From the IMG/VR virus record IMGVR_UViG_3300025108_000066, positions 1 to 53,970 of that record: 53,970 bases of DNA; one strand, 5' to 3'. Below, one piece after another: positions 19,731-29,257 of the stretch. Source of the stretch: a virus. Its lineage: Duplodnaviria > Caudoviricetes. Within the stretch, counting starts at the first letter, position 1. Each line of letters starts with the position of its first letter. Made by a program: the position numbers and the translations under genes. Under the pieces are notes generated by a model. It made no database searches. It worked only from the letters and a program-made list of their open reading frames with translations, and was not told the DNA's origin.

Positions 19731-21464
19731 CTATTGTAAACTATTCTCGTAATCTGAAACGTTTAAACCACCAATGCCTAGTCCTGACCCTAGTTCTCCT
19801 ACATTTATATCCCTTACATATGGCATTTCAACTTCTTCACCAGCTTGGTTTTCAACTATTTTTGTATCAATAATACCTATGGCTCCATCTTTTTGAACTA
19901 TAGTTCCATTCTCTGTTTTAGTAATTGTAAACCCTGCTTTTCTTAGTTCATTTATACCTTTTAGTGTTTCTACTGCTATAGCTTGATTGTAGTCTGATAT
20001 AGATTTAGATAGTTGCTCTTTAATTTTTAGCTCAGTTTCAAATATTTTGTTTCTATCTGAGATTGCTATTTCTTTTAATTTTTTCTTATACTCTTGGTCA
20101 AATACAGGTTGGAAGTCACGTTTTATTGTAGCAGCATCCATTACTGTTGTTTGATTACCTTGCCTAACGTCAAACTTATTATCGTCTCGAGGTATAATTT
20201 GTACATTAACACCTAGACTATTCGATAGCGTAGCACTTAATCTTCTTGTGTCTCCTCTGTCTATATCGTTTAATCCTTGCATACCTTGTGCTAGAACTAT
20301 ACCGCTATCAAGTGCAGACAGTTGAGCTCTATACCCTTCAAATTTTGCTCTGTTACCTTCAGACTTAGCTATGTTAGCCAGTCTTACAATATCGTTTCTT
20401 TTTTGTATAGCTGCTTGCACAGCACTTCCAGCTCCACTAAGTGTTACATTCTCAAAAGTTTTAGTTATTTTTGATGGGTCAGTAGTATTTTTTATTCCTT
20501 GTATCTCAGCTACAAGTTTAGGCATTTGCATGTAACTACCATCAGACTGTCTTACATTTATCATTTCATCAGTAACAGACATTCGTAACTCGTTTCTAAG
20601 TTTTTCCAACTCAGCTTTTTTAACTGGTCCTTCAGGCATAGCTTTAATTTTATTTAAAGTATCTCTTTGTCTTCTTACATCTATCTTATTAGCTACTGTT
20701 TTTTTAGCCTTGTCCCTTTCATCGTTGTCTGTAATTTTACTAACTCTGTCTAATTCTTCTCGCTCATCTTTGGTAAAATCTAATGTTGCAGCAAACTCTT
20801 CTTGTTGCCTCTTTCTTATTCTTGATTGCATTACATCTGCTGTGGCACCAGGTTTCATGTTAGGTAATCCAAATTCTATGTATCTATCGACATCATCTAT
20901 ACCCTCTACAAAACCTTCATCTGCCAGTTTTTCAGCTATAGCTTTTTTTGTTTGGTATTCATCAACTTCATTTTGACCTGTACTAAAACCAAGGAAACGA
21001 CCAAATGCTCCTATCCCACTTATTGGCTCACCATATTTATTAAGTAGATAATCTTTACCCTCACTGCCTAAAGAATTATCTATAGCTCTTCCTAATGATG
21101 CGTTGTTTATATTAGGTGCAAGCCCAGTAGGTCTTGCGTTTTTAAATCTTTCATCAACTTGATTTGTATAATAATTATAATTAGTTTGCATAGCACCAGC
21201 ACCTGCTTTTGGAGCCGCATTTGGGTCTATCCTTGTATTAGACTCTGCAAGTCCTGTAGGTGTGCCGTAACTACCGTCAGCATTTTTCCTAATCATCTGA
21301 CGTGTGTCTGGTTGAGCTCCTAATTTTAAACCTGTAAAGTCTGATGTTAAGTCAGGAGTAAACTCTTGAAAATCACTTCTTGCTTGATTGACACGCTGTA
21401 TATCCCTAAGTTCGTTAGCTGATTTTACAGCTTCCATATATTTTTTTGGGTCTAGTATTGGCAT
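19731..21464 (-). CDS. Internal virion/ejection protein, possibly with a degenerate lytic transglycosylase-like N-terminal region
   Basis: Position between ejection genes; helical; AES...DPNA...GAGAMQ. Confidence 0.6.
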   Translation of the reverse strand: MPILDPKKYMEAVKSANELRDIQRVNQARSDFQEFTPDLTSDFTGLKLGAQPDTRQMIRKNADGSYGTPTGLAESNTRIDPNAAPKAGAGAMQTNYNYYTNQVDERFKNARPTGLAPNINNASLGRAIDNSLGSEGKDYLLNKYGEPISGIGAFGRFLGFSTGQNEVDEYQTKKAIAEKLADEGFVEGIDDVDRYIEFGLPNMKPGATADVMQSRIRKRQQEEFAATLDFTKDEREELDRVSKITDNDERDKAKKTVANKIDVRRQRDTLNKIKAMPEGPVKKAELEKLRNELRMSVTDEMINVRQSDGSYMQMPKLVAEIQGIKNTTDPSKITKTFENVTLSGAGSAVQAAIQKRNDIVRLANIAKSEGNRAKFEGYRAQLSALDSGIVLAQGMQGLNDIDRGDTRRLSATLSNSLGVNVQIIPRDDNKFDVRQGNQTTVMDAATIKRDFQPVFDQEYKKKLKEIAISDRNKIFETELKIKEQLSKSISDYNQAIAVETLKGINELRKAGFTITKTENGTIVQKDGAIGIIDTKIVENQAGEEVEMPYVRDINVGELGSGLGIGGLNVSDYENSLQ

Positions 21465-21467
21465 TGT

Positions 21468-22745
21468 TTATCCTGCATACATTGTTCCAATTTCATTTCC
21501 ACCTGAATCATAAATTCCTTTTTTTCTTTTTTCGTCTTTTTTAGTGTTGCCTTCTTTAGTATTTAAACCAGCGAACATCATCTGGTAGCTTTCTCTTTGT
21601 TTATCAGCTGCTTCTCTTTGTCCTTTGTATGCATCTTGCAGTCCTGCTAGACCTTGAGCATAACTAGCTGTCTGACCAGCAGTAGGCATGTTGCTTTGTG
21701 CTGCTGATATAAATCTATTTTTAGTATCTAAACCTGTTGCAAACCCTGTATCATATGCAGATGCGGACAATCTGTTAGCATCTAGACCAAATCTTCTTGT
21801 ATCAGCATTAGTAAAACTCATATTGTCAAGTGCTGCTTTTTCTTCTGCTCCTCTTATTGTTCTAGCCGACCGAATCTTAGATTTGTTTTCTTCTTGTTGA
21901 GCGAAGTATGTAGGGTCAATTTGTTTTGCTTGAACCATGAATTCTTTTGAAACATCAATCGCTAGGTTATATGCGTCTAAGTCTCTGTCTTTTAACGCTA
22001 TTAATTCTGCTTTACGTTCATCAATTAATGCTTGTTCTTCTGGTGATAACTGAGCTAGTGTGCCTTCAGGAACTAGAAGTTCACCTGCTAAACTACTTGC
22101 TGCTTGCATAGTAATGTTAGCAAGGTTTTCAGGAGATTTTAATTTATTAACTACTTTTTCACTAGTTTGTCTTAATGTTTCCATTAATGATACTGGTGTT
22201 TTTGCAACAGCACTTCCAAAGTCTGCTGTTTGTGCTGCTAACATTTCACCTTGTTCCAATCCTATTCCAGTAGTCGCTTCACCAAATCCACCTGTATATG
22301 TTTGTGGACCTCCAGCTGTTGCAGTTGCTCCGCCGCCTGCTCCGCCGCCTGCTCCGCCGCCTGCTCCGCCTGCGGCTGTTTCTGCTCCTGTTCCTGACAT
22401 ATATCCACCGATACCACCAGTAATAGCACCTGTTATAGCCCCAGCTGAAAACGGTGCTCCCGCTATCGTAGCCGCAACGCCACCCAAAGCTGCACCTGTA
22501 ATCGCACTAGAAACAACGCCACCTATGGTAGTATTCATTGCCGCACTAATAGCTGCTCCAAGAACACCTGAAGCTTGAACTGCAGTTGCAATGGCTGGAG
22601 CTGCAAAAGGTACTGCTACCGCTGCTACTACTCCAATAACTCTACCTACACTTCCACCGTGCATTGTAGGGTCTACAGGTAATATAACGTCAGGGTTGTT
22701 TTCTCTAACTTGTACAACTAGTGGGTTTATAATCATAGTGTTCAT
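21468..22745 (-). CDS. Internal virion/DNA pilot (membrane-penetrating) protein
   Basis: Long Gly/Ala hydrophobic segments followed by a coiled coil; follows a gp13-like gene. Confidence 0.65.
   Translation of the reverse strand: MNTMIINPLVVQVRENNPDVILPVDPTMHGGSVGRVIGVVAAVAVPFAAPAIATAVQASGVLGAAISAAMNTTIGGVVSSAITGAALGGVAATIAGAPFSAGAITGAITGGIGGYMSGTGAETAAGGAGGGAGGGAGGGATATAGGPQTYTGGFGEATTGIGLEQGEMLAAQTADFGSAVAKTPVSLMETLRQTSEKVVNKLKSPENLANITMQAASSLAGELLVPEGTLAQLSPEEQALIDERKAELIALKDRDLDAYNLAIDVSKEFMVQAKQIDPTYFAQQEENKSKIRSARTIRGAEEKAALDNMSFTNADTRRFGLDANRLSASAYDTGFATGLDTKNRFISAAQSNMPTAGQTASYAQGLAGLQDAYKGQREAADKQRESYQMMFAGLNTKEGNTKKDEKRKKGIYDSGGNEIGTMYAG
22326..22370. repeat. 12-bp tandem repeat, 3.75 copies, encoding (GGGA)n
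   Basis: TGCTCCGCCGCC x3 + TGCTCCGCC. Confidence 0.95.
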
Positions 22746-23221
22746 AATTCTTGTCTCATTTTAATATACTGTTGCTTAAATCCTACATCACCTAAAATTC
22801 TTTCCATTGCAGGAGACACTAAGCATTCCATTTTAGTTACTCCACATATACGAGCCCACCCACAAACGTGCTCCCAGAAAGAACCAATCATATTTTTTAA
22901 ATCTCTACCACCTAATGCTACGACATTCATAGCTGTAAACCTTGGGTAGTATACTAATTCTAATACCAAAACTAACTTTACATCTGGTACCTCTGGTATG
23001 TCATCTTTGACTGCTATAATGTATACCTCACCTTTTAAAGCACGAGTGTATATATCTTCGACTTCCATTTCGCCACGCATTTGTTTATCAATACATTTTT
23101 TTAATAGTGGCACACATTGACCCCAGTATTTATCTATAAGTTCTTTCGTGGAAAGGAGTTGTGGTGTGTATGTCGAATTACTAGTATTTTTTAGCTCATG
23201 TAACATCTGGTTTATCCTCAT
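22742..23221 (-). CDS. GNAT-fold virion-associated protein (T7 gp13-like position)
   Basis: YYPR..MNVVALGG, WAR.CG...ME......MERIL...GF; located upstream of the ejection genes. Confidence 0.6.
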   Translation of the reverse strand: MRINQMLHELKNTSNSTYTPQLLSTKELIDKYWGQCVPLLKKCIDKQMRGEMEVEDIYTRALKGEVYIIAVKDDIPEVPDVKLVLVLELVYYPRFTAMNVVALGGRDLKNMIGSFWEHVCGWARICGVTKMECLVSPAMERILGDVGFKQQYIKMRQEL

Positions 23222-23939
23222 AGTTAGCTAGCATCTTATCAAAAAATTCTGTGCCTTTAGCCATAACAACTTTCTTAGGTATGACATACTCTCCACCTTC
23301 CATCTCAGCGTTATCGACACCAGCTACTTTAACTGGTATACCACCGTCGCTATGTGCTGGTCCTTTAAGCACACCGCCATCTTGCATATCCTGTACAGGT
23401 GCTGGTTGCCCTGATTGTAAAGGTGGACGGTCTGTAAATTCTATATCTGTAGCCATAGCTTTAGCCGCCAAAAGTAAAGCAATTACTATAGCTTCATCAT
23501 ATTGTACTGGCAATTCACTTTCTGTAGCTAGACCTTTTTGTATAACAAACTGTCTAACCTGTGGATACATAGCTGGATTTTGTGCAACTGTCTTAGCAAG
23601 TTCTATAGCCATGTTTAAATCTTCCATGTTTAGCTCACCTGATTTTAATCCTGCTTCTATACCTGCTCTAATTCGTGCAATCATCTCAGGGCTTTGTGCG
23701 GCAGATTGATTAATCTGCATATCTATCATCTGAGCACCCATAGGTTGTCCTTGTTGAGGTTGCATAGAAACTCCAGCTGGTGCAACCATACCTCCTTCTT
23801 GATATGATTGAACTGGAGAGTTCATAGATTGTTCTGTAGGACTCATATCTAATAGAGCCTGAATCTGGGGTGGCAAATCTAATGATGGGTCTGAAGCCAT
23901 ACCTACTGCCCCTAACTTTACATTTATGTCTTTTTCCAT
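23196..23939 (-). CDS. Putative internal capsid protein with a C-terminal GG..GP..SDGGIP...GEYVIP domain
   Basis: Gln/Met-rich; C-terminal motif recalled from virion/tape-measure proteins. Confidence 0.55.
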   Translation of the reverse strand: MEKDINVKLGAVGMASDPSLDLPPQIQALLDMSPTEQSMNSPVQSYQEGGMVAPAGVSMQPQQGQPMGAQMIDMQINQSAAQSPEMIARIRAGIEAGLKSGELNMEDLNMAIELAKTVAQNPAMYPQVRQFVIQKGLATESELPVQYDEAIVIALLLAAKAMATDIEFTDRPPLQSGQPAPVQDMQDGGVLKGPAHSDGGIPVKVAGVDNAEMEGGEYVIPKKVVMAKGTEFFDKMLANYEDKPDVT

Positions 23940-24298
23940 TATGTTGTCCCCTTTATTTGTAATATTAAAGCATTTAATGATGCTCTTGTCGATTTTAAAT
24001 CGTTAGCTAATGTTTGTACATCTAACAATAGTTTACCATAATCTTCTAAGCTGACAACATCTTGACCACTTATTGTAAACCCAACTCCTTTTGCTGACAG
24101 TTGTTGCATATTCTGAATAGGTAAACTTAAAACCGTTATTTGACCTTGTGTAACTGATTTACTAATTCTATCTGCTTCATCTCTGAGTCCTGTAAGCAAC
24201 TCAACATTTTCTTTTATATTCTCTATTAGAACAGTTAACTGCTGATTTAAATCAGTATTAGTAGGTACAGCTGGCACGGATACAAATCTATTACTCAT
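23939..24298 (-). CDS. Hypothetical tail-associated protein
   Basis: Coupled to the nozzle gene; coiled-coil ends. Confidence 0.6.
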   Translation of the reverse strand: MSNRFVSVPAVPTNTDLNQQLTVLIENIKENVELLTGLRDEADRISKSVTQGQITVLSLPIQNMQQLSAKGVGFTISGQDVVSLEDYGKLLLDVQTLANDLKSTRASLNALILQIKGTT

Positions 24299-26679
24299 AT
24301 ACTTTTCAACCCGATTGGTGTCTCACCTAAATGTATAGCTTTAACTCTAGCTGAACCTGATACAGATACTTCAAACGTGTCTGAACGATAACCAGAAGGT
24401 AATCTAAATATATCATCTGATGACACACTTCCTTGAAACATTAAATCTTTATCCACAAATAATTTAAACACAACAGGTAAGGCTCCTGATAAACCTTTTA
24501 AAGTTCGTGTCTGACTATCTCCGTTTACAGGAAAAGCGTTAAGAGTTCCTATATTCTCTACCCTGTTGCTATTACTATCTGTGTAATCTGTAGGTCCATT
24601 TAAACAACCTAGTTGTTGACTTGCTGCCCACACTGCTGCATTAAACGTAGGAACAGTATTATTAAACGCTGTTTCATTTACATTCTCGTCAGTTATAGAT
24701 GTATACTCTGCTATTACTCTAGCAGCACCTATGTTTAAATAGTCTGAAGTACGAATAGTTTTTGATTTCCACTCCATAGGAGCTAGCACTTGATTTTTAT
24801 TGTCCCACTCGAATATATCTCCAGTGGTATCTGAAGTGTAATACGTAATACCAGTTATAGAATCGCTATACGCTGCAGTAAACTTATAATTAATTTTTAC
24901 AAAAGTTCCACCTTGGTCATTATCTAACTGGAAAGTAAACGACCCTGTGCTATGTGACCCAAAATACTTATCATTAAAGTAGTGTCCTACTAAAGTAGTA
25001 GGGTCTAAATAATCTCCCCATGTATCCCAGTCATGTATTAAAATTGTATTAAGGCTTATTCCACTGCCTCCTCGCCATGCTGCTAATCCTCCATGTGTTG
25101 CCCACATTACACCTTGCTTTCCAATATTTACTATAGATTTTTTTGCTAGGCAAGGATACTCAGCGTCAATACGAGTTACTGACATAGACTCTGGACTGTT
25201 ACCTGATATGTTGTATGGATACGACTCTGTTAAAGCTAGTATATATCCACCATTTACTGCTATACCGACAATGTTAGAGTCTAAAGTTAGCCTGAATCTT
25301 TCAGGCCATGCATGTGGTTTATCAGGAAATGATATACATAGTTGGTTATCAAAAAATCCTACTAGCATATTTCTATGGTAGTTTGTTATGCCTTTCATAG
25401 TAGCTTTTGGTTTGTCATAATTCTCAGAAGGTACAATAGTGCTTAGTCCTGATACTGCAAAGTCATCAATAAAGTTATAATTACTGTCTCCCCAATATCT
25501 AGCAGTGTCTGACAATGACTCAGCAACGTCGTGACACAAAACACCGTTTGCATCTGCTGTAGTAGAGACATCACTACCACTATCAGCATAGGTAAATGAA
25601 TAGCTGTTAACAACACTAACAACAATACCATCTGTAACATTAAACCCACCACTATCTATGGTAGAACTTTTTATCTTAAACCTATTACCCACAATCATAT
25701 TATGTGGTTGAGATAGTATTACAGTAGCTACATTACTAGCTCTAGAAAAACTTACTGTAGAAGTAGGAAACCATAAAGTGTCAAGTAAAAAGAAGTCGGT
25801 AGCTGCTGCTGATGAAACACTACGATATAAATTTACACCCCGTACAAAATTATTTCCAGAAGGTTTTGCAGTAGGTAAATTTGTTATAGTAACTGTCTGC
25901 CCTTCTTTTATATAAACTTCATTTGAAACCTCAGAAGGTATTGACTCTTCACCCCATGGTGTAAGATGCGTGTATATATAAGTTCTAACTTGCGTACTAC
26001 CAGCCATATCAGCACGTCCAGTTGTGTTAGCTGTTTTTGATATTGTGTCGCCTGGATTAAAGTATTGAAAATCTGTTGCATTAACAACTGTTATTTGCAC
26101 ATTTGTAGAGTTAAATGATTTAGCTTCATCTGAAGTTCCAAAATCACGAACTGTTACTATATTGCCTGTGCGTAAATTGTGATTACCAGACCCATAAAAA
26201 GTAGCTGTGTTACCAGAATCTCGTTCGTAGTGCGTAGAACTTACTACAGAAAAAGATGTTGCTGTAGCTGTAACTGTGGTTGCTGGTAAATCTAATCCTA
26301 AATCATAGTAGCCATTTGATGCTGGATATGGTTCTGAACCTGTTGTGGCTAAATCATAATTAGAAACTTTTGGTACCCCATCTCCTGTAAAATAAAATCG
26401 TTGTTCATCATCAGATGAATCTGAAGCTGTAACTATATCAACATCTGAAGTCCAACTAAGCCATACTAATGCATCAGTACTCGGGTCTTTTAGGGCATAT
26501 ATAGTTTCTGCAGCTACTGCTCTTTCAGTATTATCTACCACAACAGGTTGTCTATAAGGTATAAGGTCTCCAGAATATAGTTTTACATTAACTGCATCTT
26601 GTGCAAAACCATCTGGCAACAAGTCTGAGGATGTCTTAGGGGATGCCCCTTTAAAATTTTGTATCTTAATTGATGCCAT
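24295..26679 (-). CDS. Tail tubular/nozzle protein (gp12/gp10 stabilisation-like)
   Basis: 794-aa beta-rich protein; TPWGEESIPS, PHAWP, EWKSK motifs; position in the tail cluster. Confidence 0.75.
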   Translation of the reverse strand: MASIKIQNFKGASPKTSSDLLPDGFAQDAVNVKLYSGDLIPYRQPVVVDNTERAVAAETIYALKDPSTDALVWLSWTSDVDIVTASDSSDDEQRFYFTGDGVPKVSNYDLATTGSEPYPASNGYYDLGLDLPATTVTATATSFSVVSSTHYERDSGNTATFYGSGNHNLRTGNIVTVRDFGTSDEAKSFNSTNVQITVVNATDFQYFNPGDTISKTANTTGRADMAGSTQVRTYIYTHLTPWGEESIPSEVSNEVYIKEGQTVTITNLPTAKPSGNNFVRGVNLYRSVSSAAATDFFLLDTLWFPTSTVSFSRASNVATVILSQPHNMIVGNRFKIKSSTIDSGGFNVTDGIVVSVVNSYSFTYADSGSDVSTTADANGVLCHDVAESLSDTARYWGDSNYNFIDDFAVSGLSTIVPSENYDKPKATMKGITNYHRNMLVGFFDNQLCISFPDKPHAWPERFRLTLDSNIVGIAVNGGYILALTESYPYNISGNSPESMSVTRIDAEYPCLAKKSIVNIGKQGVMWATHGGLAAWRGGSGISLNTILIHDWDTWGDYLDPTTLVGHYFNDKYFGSHSTGSFTFQLDNDQGGTFVKINYKFTAAYSDSITGITYYTSDTTGDIFEWDNKNQVLAPMEWKSKTIRTSDYLNIGAARVIAEYTSITDENVNETAFNNTVPTFNAAVWAASQQLGCLNGPTDYTDSNSNRVENIGTLNAFPVNGDSQTRTLKGLSGALPVVFKLFVDKDLMFQGSVSSDDIFRLPSGYRSDTFEVSVSGSARVKAIHLGETPIGLKSI

Positions 26680-26680
26680 T

Positions 26681-27118
26681 TTATTTTCTTGTTAGTGAGC
26701 CTCCAAAATATAATCCAATGATAGAAAATATAGTGTGTGATTGTAGGTTTGTTATGTAAACTGTATTGCCTGCTTCAAAGTATGATGTCTCATATACCTC
26801 ACCAAATATCCACCAACCACTATCTGCTTCAGTCATTATCTGATAAGCAACATTAACATCAGTAAAGATTGGTGCAACGATTGGCACTACGATAATACTA
26901 AATACGCACATTAATGCTATCCAACGTCTAGTGTGCTTGGTGTGTGGGTCAGATACTTCTCTTGCTTTATCTGTTTGTTGAGCTGCAAATTCTGCACGCT
27001 GCATTAACATTTTCTCACGCTCTGCTTGAGCTTGACCTTTCTGTGCTTGAATAGACATAATTCCGCCAAGCACCGTACTTGCGAGCATACTTAATAATTC
27101 CATTGGTATTCCAAACAT
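26681..27118 (-). CDS. Membrane protein, holin candidate
   Basis: N-terminal amphipathic segment, TRRWIAL TM helix, C-terminal IIGLYFG TM. Confidence 0.6.
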   Translation of the reverse strand: MFGIPMELLSMLASTVLGGIMSIQAQKGQAQAEREKMLMQRAEFAAQQTDKAREVSDPHTKHTRRWIALMCVFSIIVVPIVAPIFTDVNVAYQIMTEADSGWWIFGEVYETSYFEAGNTVYITNLQSHTIFSIIGLYFGGSLTRK

Positions 27119-27122
27119 ATCG

Positions 27123-27347
27123 TTACCTCAACGGGTTATCTGAACGAGCTTTTATCTCATCTACTTTTGCTTTGAGTACAGCTATTTCAGCTTTGTTAAT
27201 TGCTATGTCTTGTTCTAGTGGTTTAATGTTTACTGCCTTTTGAGCTTCAAGTACATCAACTCTTGTAATTAATTGCCCTTGATAAACAAAAAGTCCTGCT
27301 ATTGTTATGACTAGTCCTATGCCAGTCGCTATGGTTTTAATATCCAC
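27123..27347 (-). CDS. Small N-terminal TM + coiled-coil protein
   Basis: IATGIGLVITIAGLFVY TM, then heptad repeats ending in DNPL. Confidence 0.65.
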   Translation of the reverse strand: MDIKTIATGIGLVITIAGLFVYQGQLITRVDVLEAQKAVNIKPLEQDIAINKAEIAVLKAKVDEIKARSDNPLR

Positions 27348-28962
27348 GAATCCTCCTTAAGTGTTCTTCTGCTCTAATTCTTTGGTCTACTTTATCCTGA
27401 ACATTCTTTTGATACTGTGCAACAGGGTCACCATAAACATTCTGATTTTCAGCATATAAATTTCTAACATCAATATATTGTCTTGCTTCAAAGTAATCAC
27501 CTCCATCTATATTCGGTTGGTTAAGTATATCTTTGTTTACTTTACCATAATTGTCCATAGAAAAAGAACTTTGCATAGCTTTTGCTACTATAACAGACGT
27601 AGCTACAAGTTGCTTATCTACTTCCTTTATAACTTCTGCTACCTTCTGTTGTATATTTTCTACTGTAATAGTTTGATTATCTCTTGGAGAAACTCCTTCA
27701 TCCCTGCTTTCTTCCACCTCTTGATTTCCGCTTTCGATATCTTCTTCTGCTCCAGCAGTAGTTTCATCTCCATCATTTCCATTTCCACTTGTGCTTGTTT
27801 CTCCTTCTCCGTTAACCTCATTTTCCTCACTAGCTCCTCTAGGTTCATTATTTACTTCTTCACTAGCGACAAGAGTTTCTTCTTCAGTAGGCTCAGGACT
27901 TGTTTCACTTTCGTTAGTAATTTGTTCAGTAGGCTCTGGTTCCATTTCCCCGCCTGCTGTTTGAGGAACTGCTCCCTCATTTTCTGTGCTTGTAAATTCA
28001 TTTTCTTCGAGAAACTCTTCTCCTGAGATTTCTCCTTGACTTTGGATTTCTTCAGCTTCAATGTTTTGGTTTTGACTGACTTCAATGATTTCTTCAAAAC
28101 TTTCGATTTCTGTTGGGATTTCTTGGAAGTTCTCTTGACTACCATAACTTACCTCCGTTATTTCTTGAGAGAATATATTTACTACTCCTGTATTTATTTC
28201 CTCCATTGCTACTTCTTCTATGTATATTTCACTAAACATTTCAGTTAATATCTCTGGTTCTTCAAAAGGTATAAACTCCTCTACTATAAATTCTTCATAT
28301 ATAAATAATTCTTGTGGCTCTACTGTAGTAGTTAAAACTTCTTCTATTTCTTCAAATGCTGTATTCAATATTGTTGTTTGTGCAGCTGTTAAGACAGTAT
28401 CATCATAGGTCATAGTAACTGATACGTTATCTACATTAGGACCACCAAGATTAGCAGGAGCAGCAGAATCGGCACCACTAATATTAATATTTCCAATGTT
28501 ACTACCAGTCCCTGTATACGAGACACTATCTGTAAAATTTTCGCCATTAATTCCCGTAACATTTGTTCTCTCCTGTGTAGTTACTGACAACACGTTATTA
28601 TCTGAATCTTTAATTTGTAATCTAATACTGAAGCTATCAGCTGGTCCTGAACCTCCCCAACATCCTGCTACCCCACACTCACCGTTCTGCACTTGAACAC
28701 TAGAGTTTAAAGTAATTCCATTATTAAGCATTTGTTGTGTAATTACGTCATCAATGAGGGAAAATGACTGCTCAATACTGCCACTATCTCCAAACTCTAG
28801 GTCATGTCCTCCTGGACAACAATCACTTATTCGTTGTGCATCACCTGATAATGTCCAACCTGTAGTACCATTATCGAATGTACCATTAGTAATTAAATTA
28901 TCTGTTGTTAAATCTTGTGCTAGTAAGGTAATCGGAAACAACAAAGGTATTATGTATTTCAT
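27337..28962 (-). CDS. Exported protein: signal peptide, CBM-like beta domain, very acidic linker
   Basis: MKYIIPLLFPITLLA-Q signal; NLITNGTFDNG..GW motif; Cys pairs; long Glu-rich region. Confidence 0.7.
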   Translation of the reverse strand: MKYIIPLLFPITLLAQDLTTDNLITNGTFDNGTTGWTLSGDAQRISDCCPGGHDLEFGDSGSIEQSFSLIDDVITQQMLNNGITLNSSVQVQNGECGVAGCWGGSGPADSFSIRLQIKDSDNNVLSVTTQERTNVTGINGENFTDSVSYTGTGSNIGNINISGADSAAPANLGGPNVDNVSVTMTYDDTVLTAAQTTILNTAFEEIEEVLTTTVEPQELFIYEEFIVEEFIPFEEPEILTEMFSEIYIEEVAMEEINTGVVNIFSQEITEVSYGSQENFQEIPTEIESFEEIIEVSQNQNIEAEEIQSQGEISGEEFLEENEFTSTENEGAVPQTAGGEMEPEPTEQITNESETSPEPTEEETLVASEEVNNEPRGASEENEVNGEGETSTSGNGNDGDETTAGAEEDIESGNQEVEESRDEGVSPRDNQTITVENIQQKVAEVIKEVDKQLVATSVIVAKAMQSSFSMDNYGKVNKDILNQPNIDGGDYFEARQYIDVRNLYAENQNVYGDPVAQYQKNVQDKVDQRIRAEEHLRRIRGY

Positions 28963-29135
28963 AACTTCAATACTCCTACAGTTGTCTTGCGTTTGCTAAT
29001 ATATCTGTCTTTATACCATTGCTCAAATTCAGGTTCAAGATTCATATACTCTACTATTTGTTCAGGCTCTACTTGACCATTTCTAATACAAATAGCAACT
29101 TCTATAAATTTATTTTCTAATTCTTTAGATATCAT
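28959..29135 (-). CDS. Hypothetical protein, 58 aa (not in ORF track)
   Basis: MISKELENKF...VGVLKL*; ATGA overlaps on both sides. Confidence 0.7.
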   Translation of the reverse strand: MISKELENKFIEVAICIRNGQVEPEQIVEYMNLEPEFEQWYKDRYISKRKTTVGVLKL

Positions 29136-29257
29136 CGTCTTTCAGGTGCTGGTATTTCTTGTTCATTACTTCCGTAAATTGTCATTTCTCCTAGAGTAAC
29201 ACTATGAGTTGAACAGCTTACTAACAGTAAACTACTTAGTAGTATTAGTATCTTCAT
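29132..29257 (-). CDS. Small lipoprotein, 41 aa (not in ORF track)
   Basis: MKILILLSSLLLVS-C lipobox; starts inside the 3' end of the 210-aa gene. Confidence 0.75.
   Translation of the reverse strand: MKILILLSSLLLVSCSTHSVTLGEMTIYGSNEQEIPAPERR

Noticed and set aside
27660-28145. Lys-rich alternative-frame ORFs inside the 541-aa gene
   Set aside because: They are expected by-products of the GAA-rich acidic region, with no independent evidence of translation.
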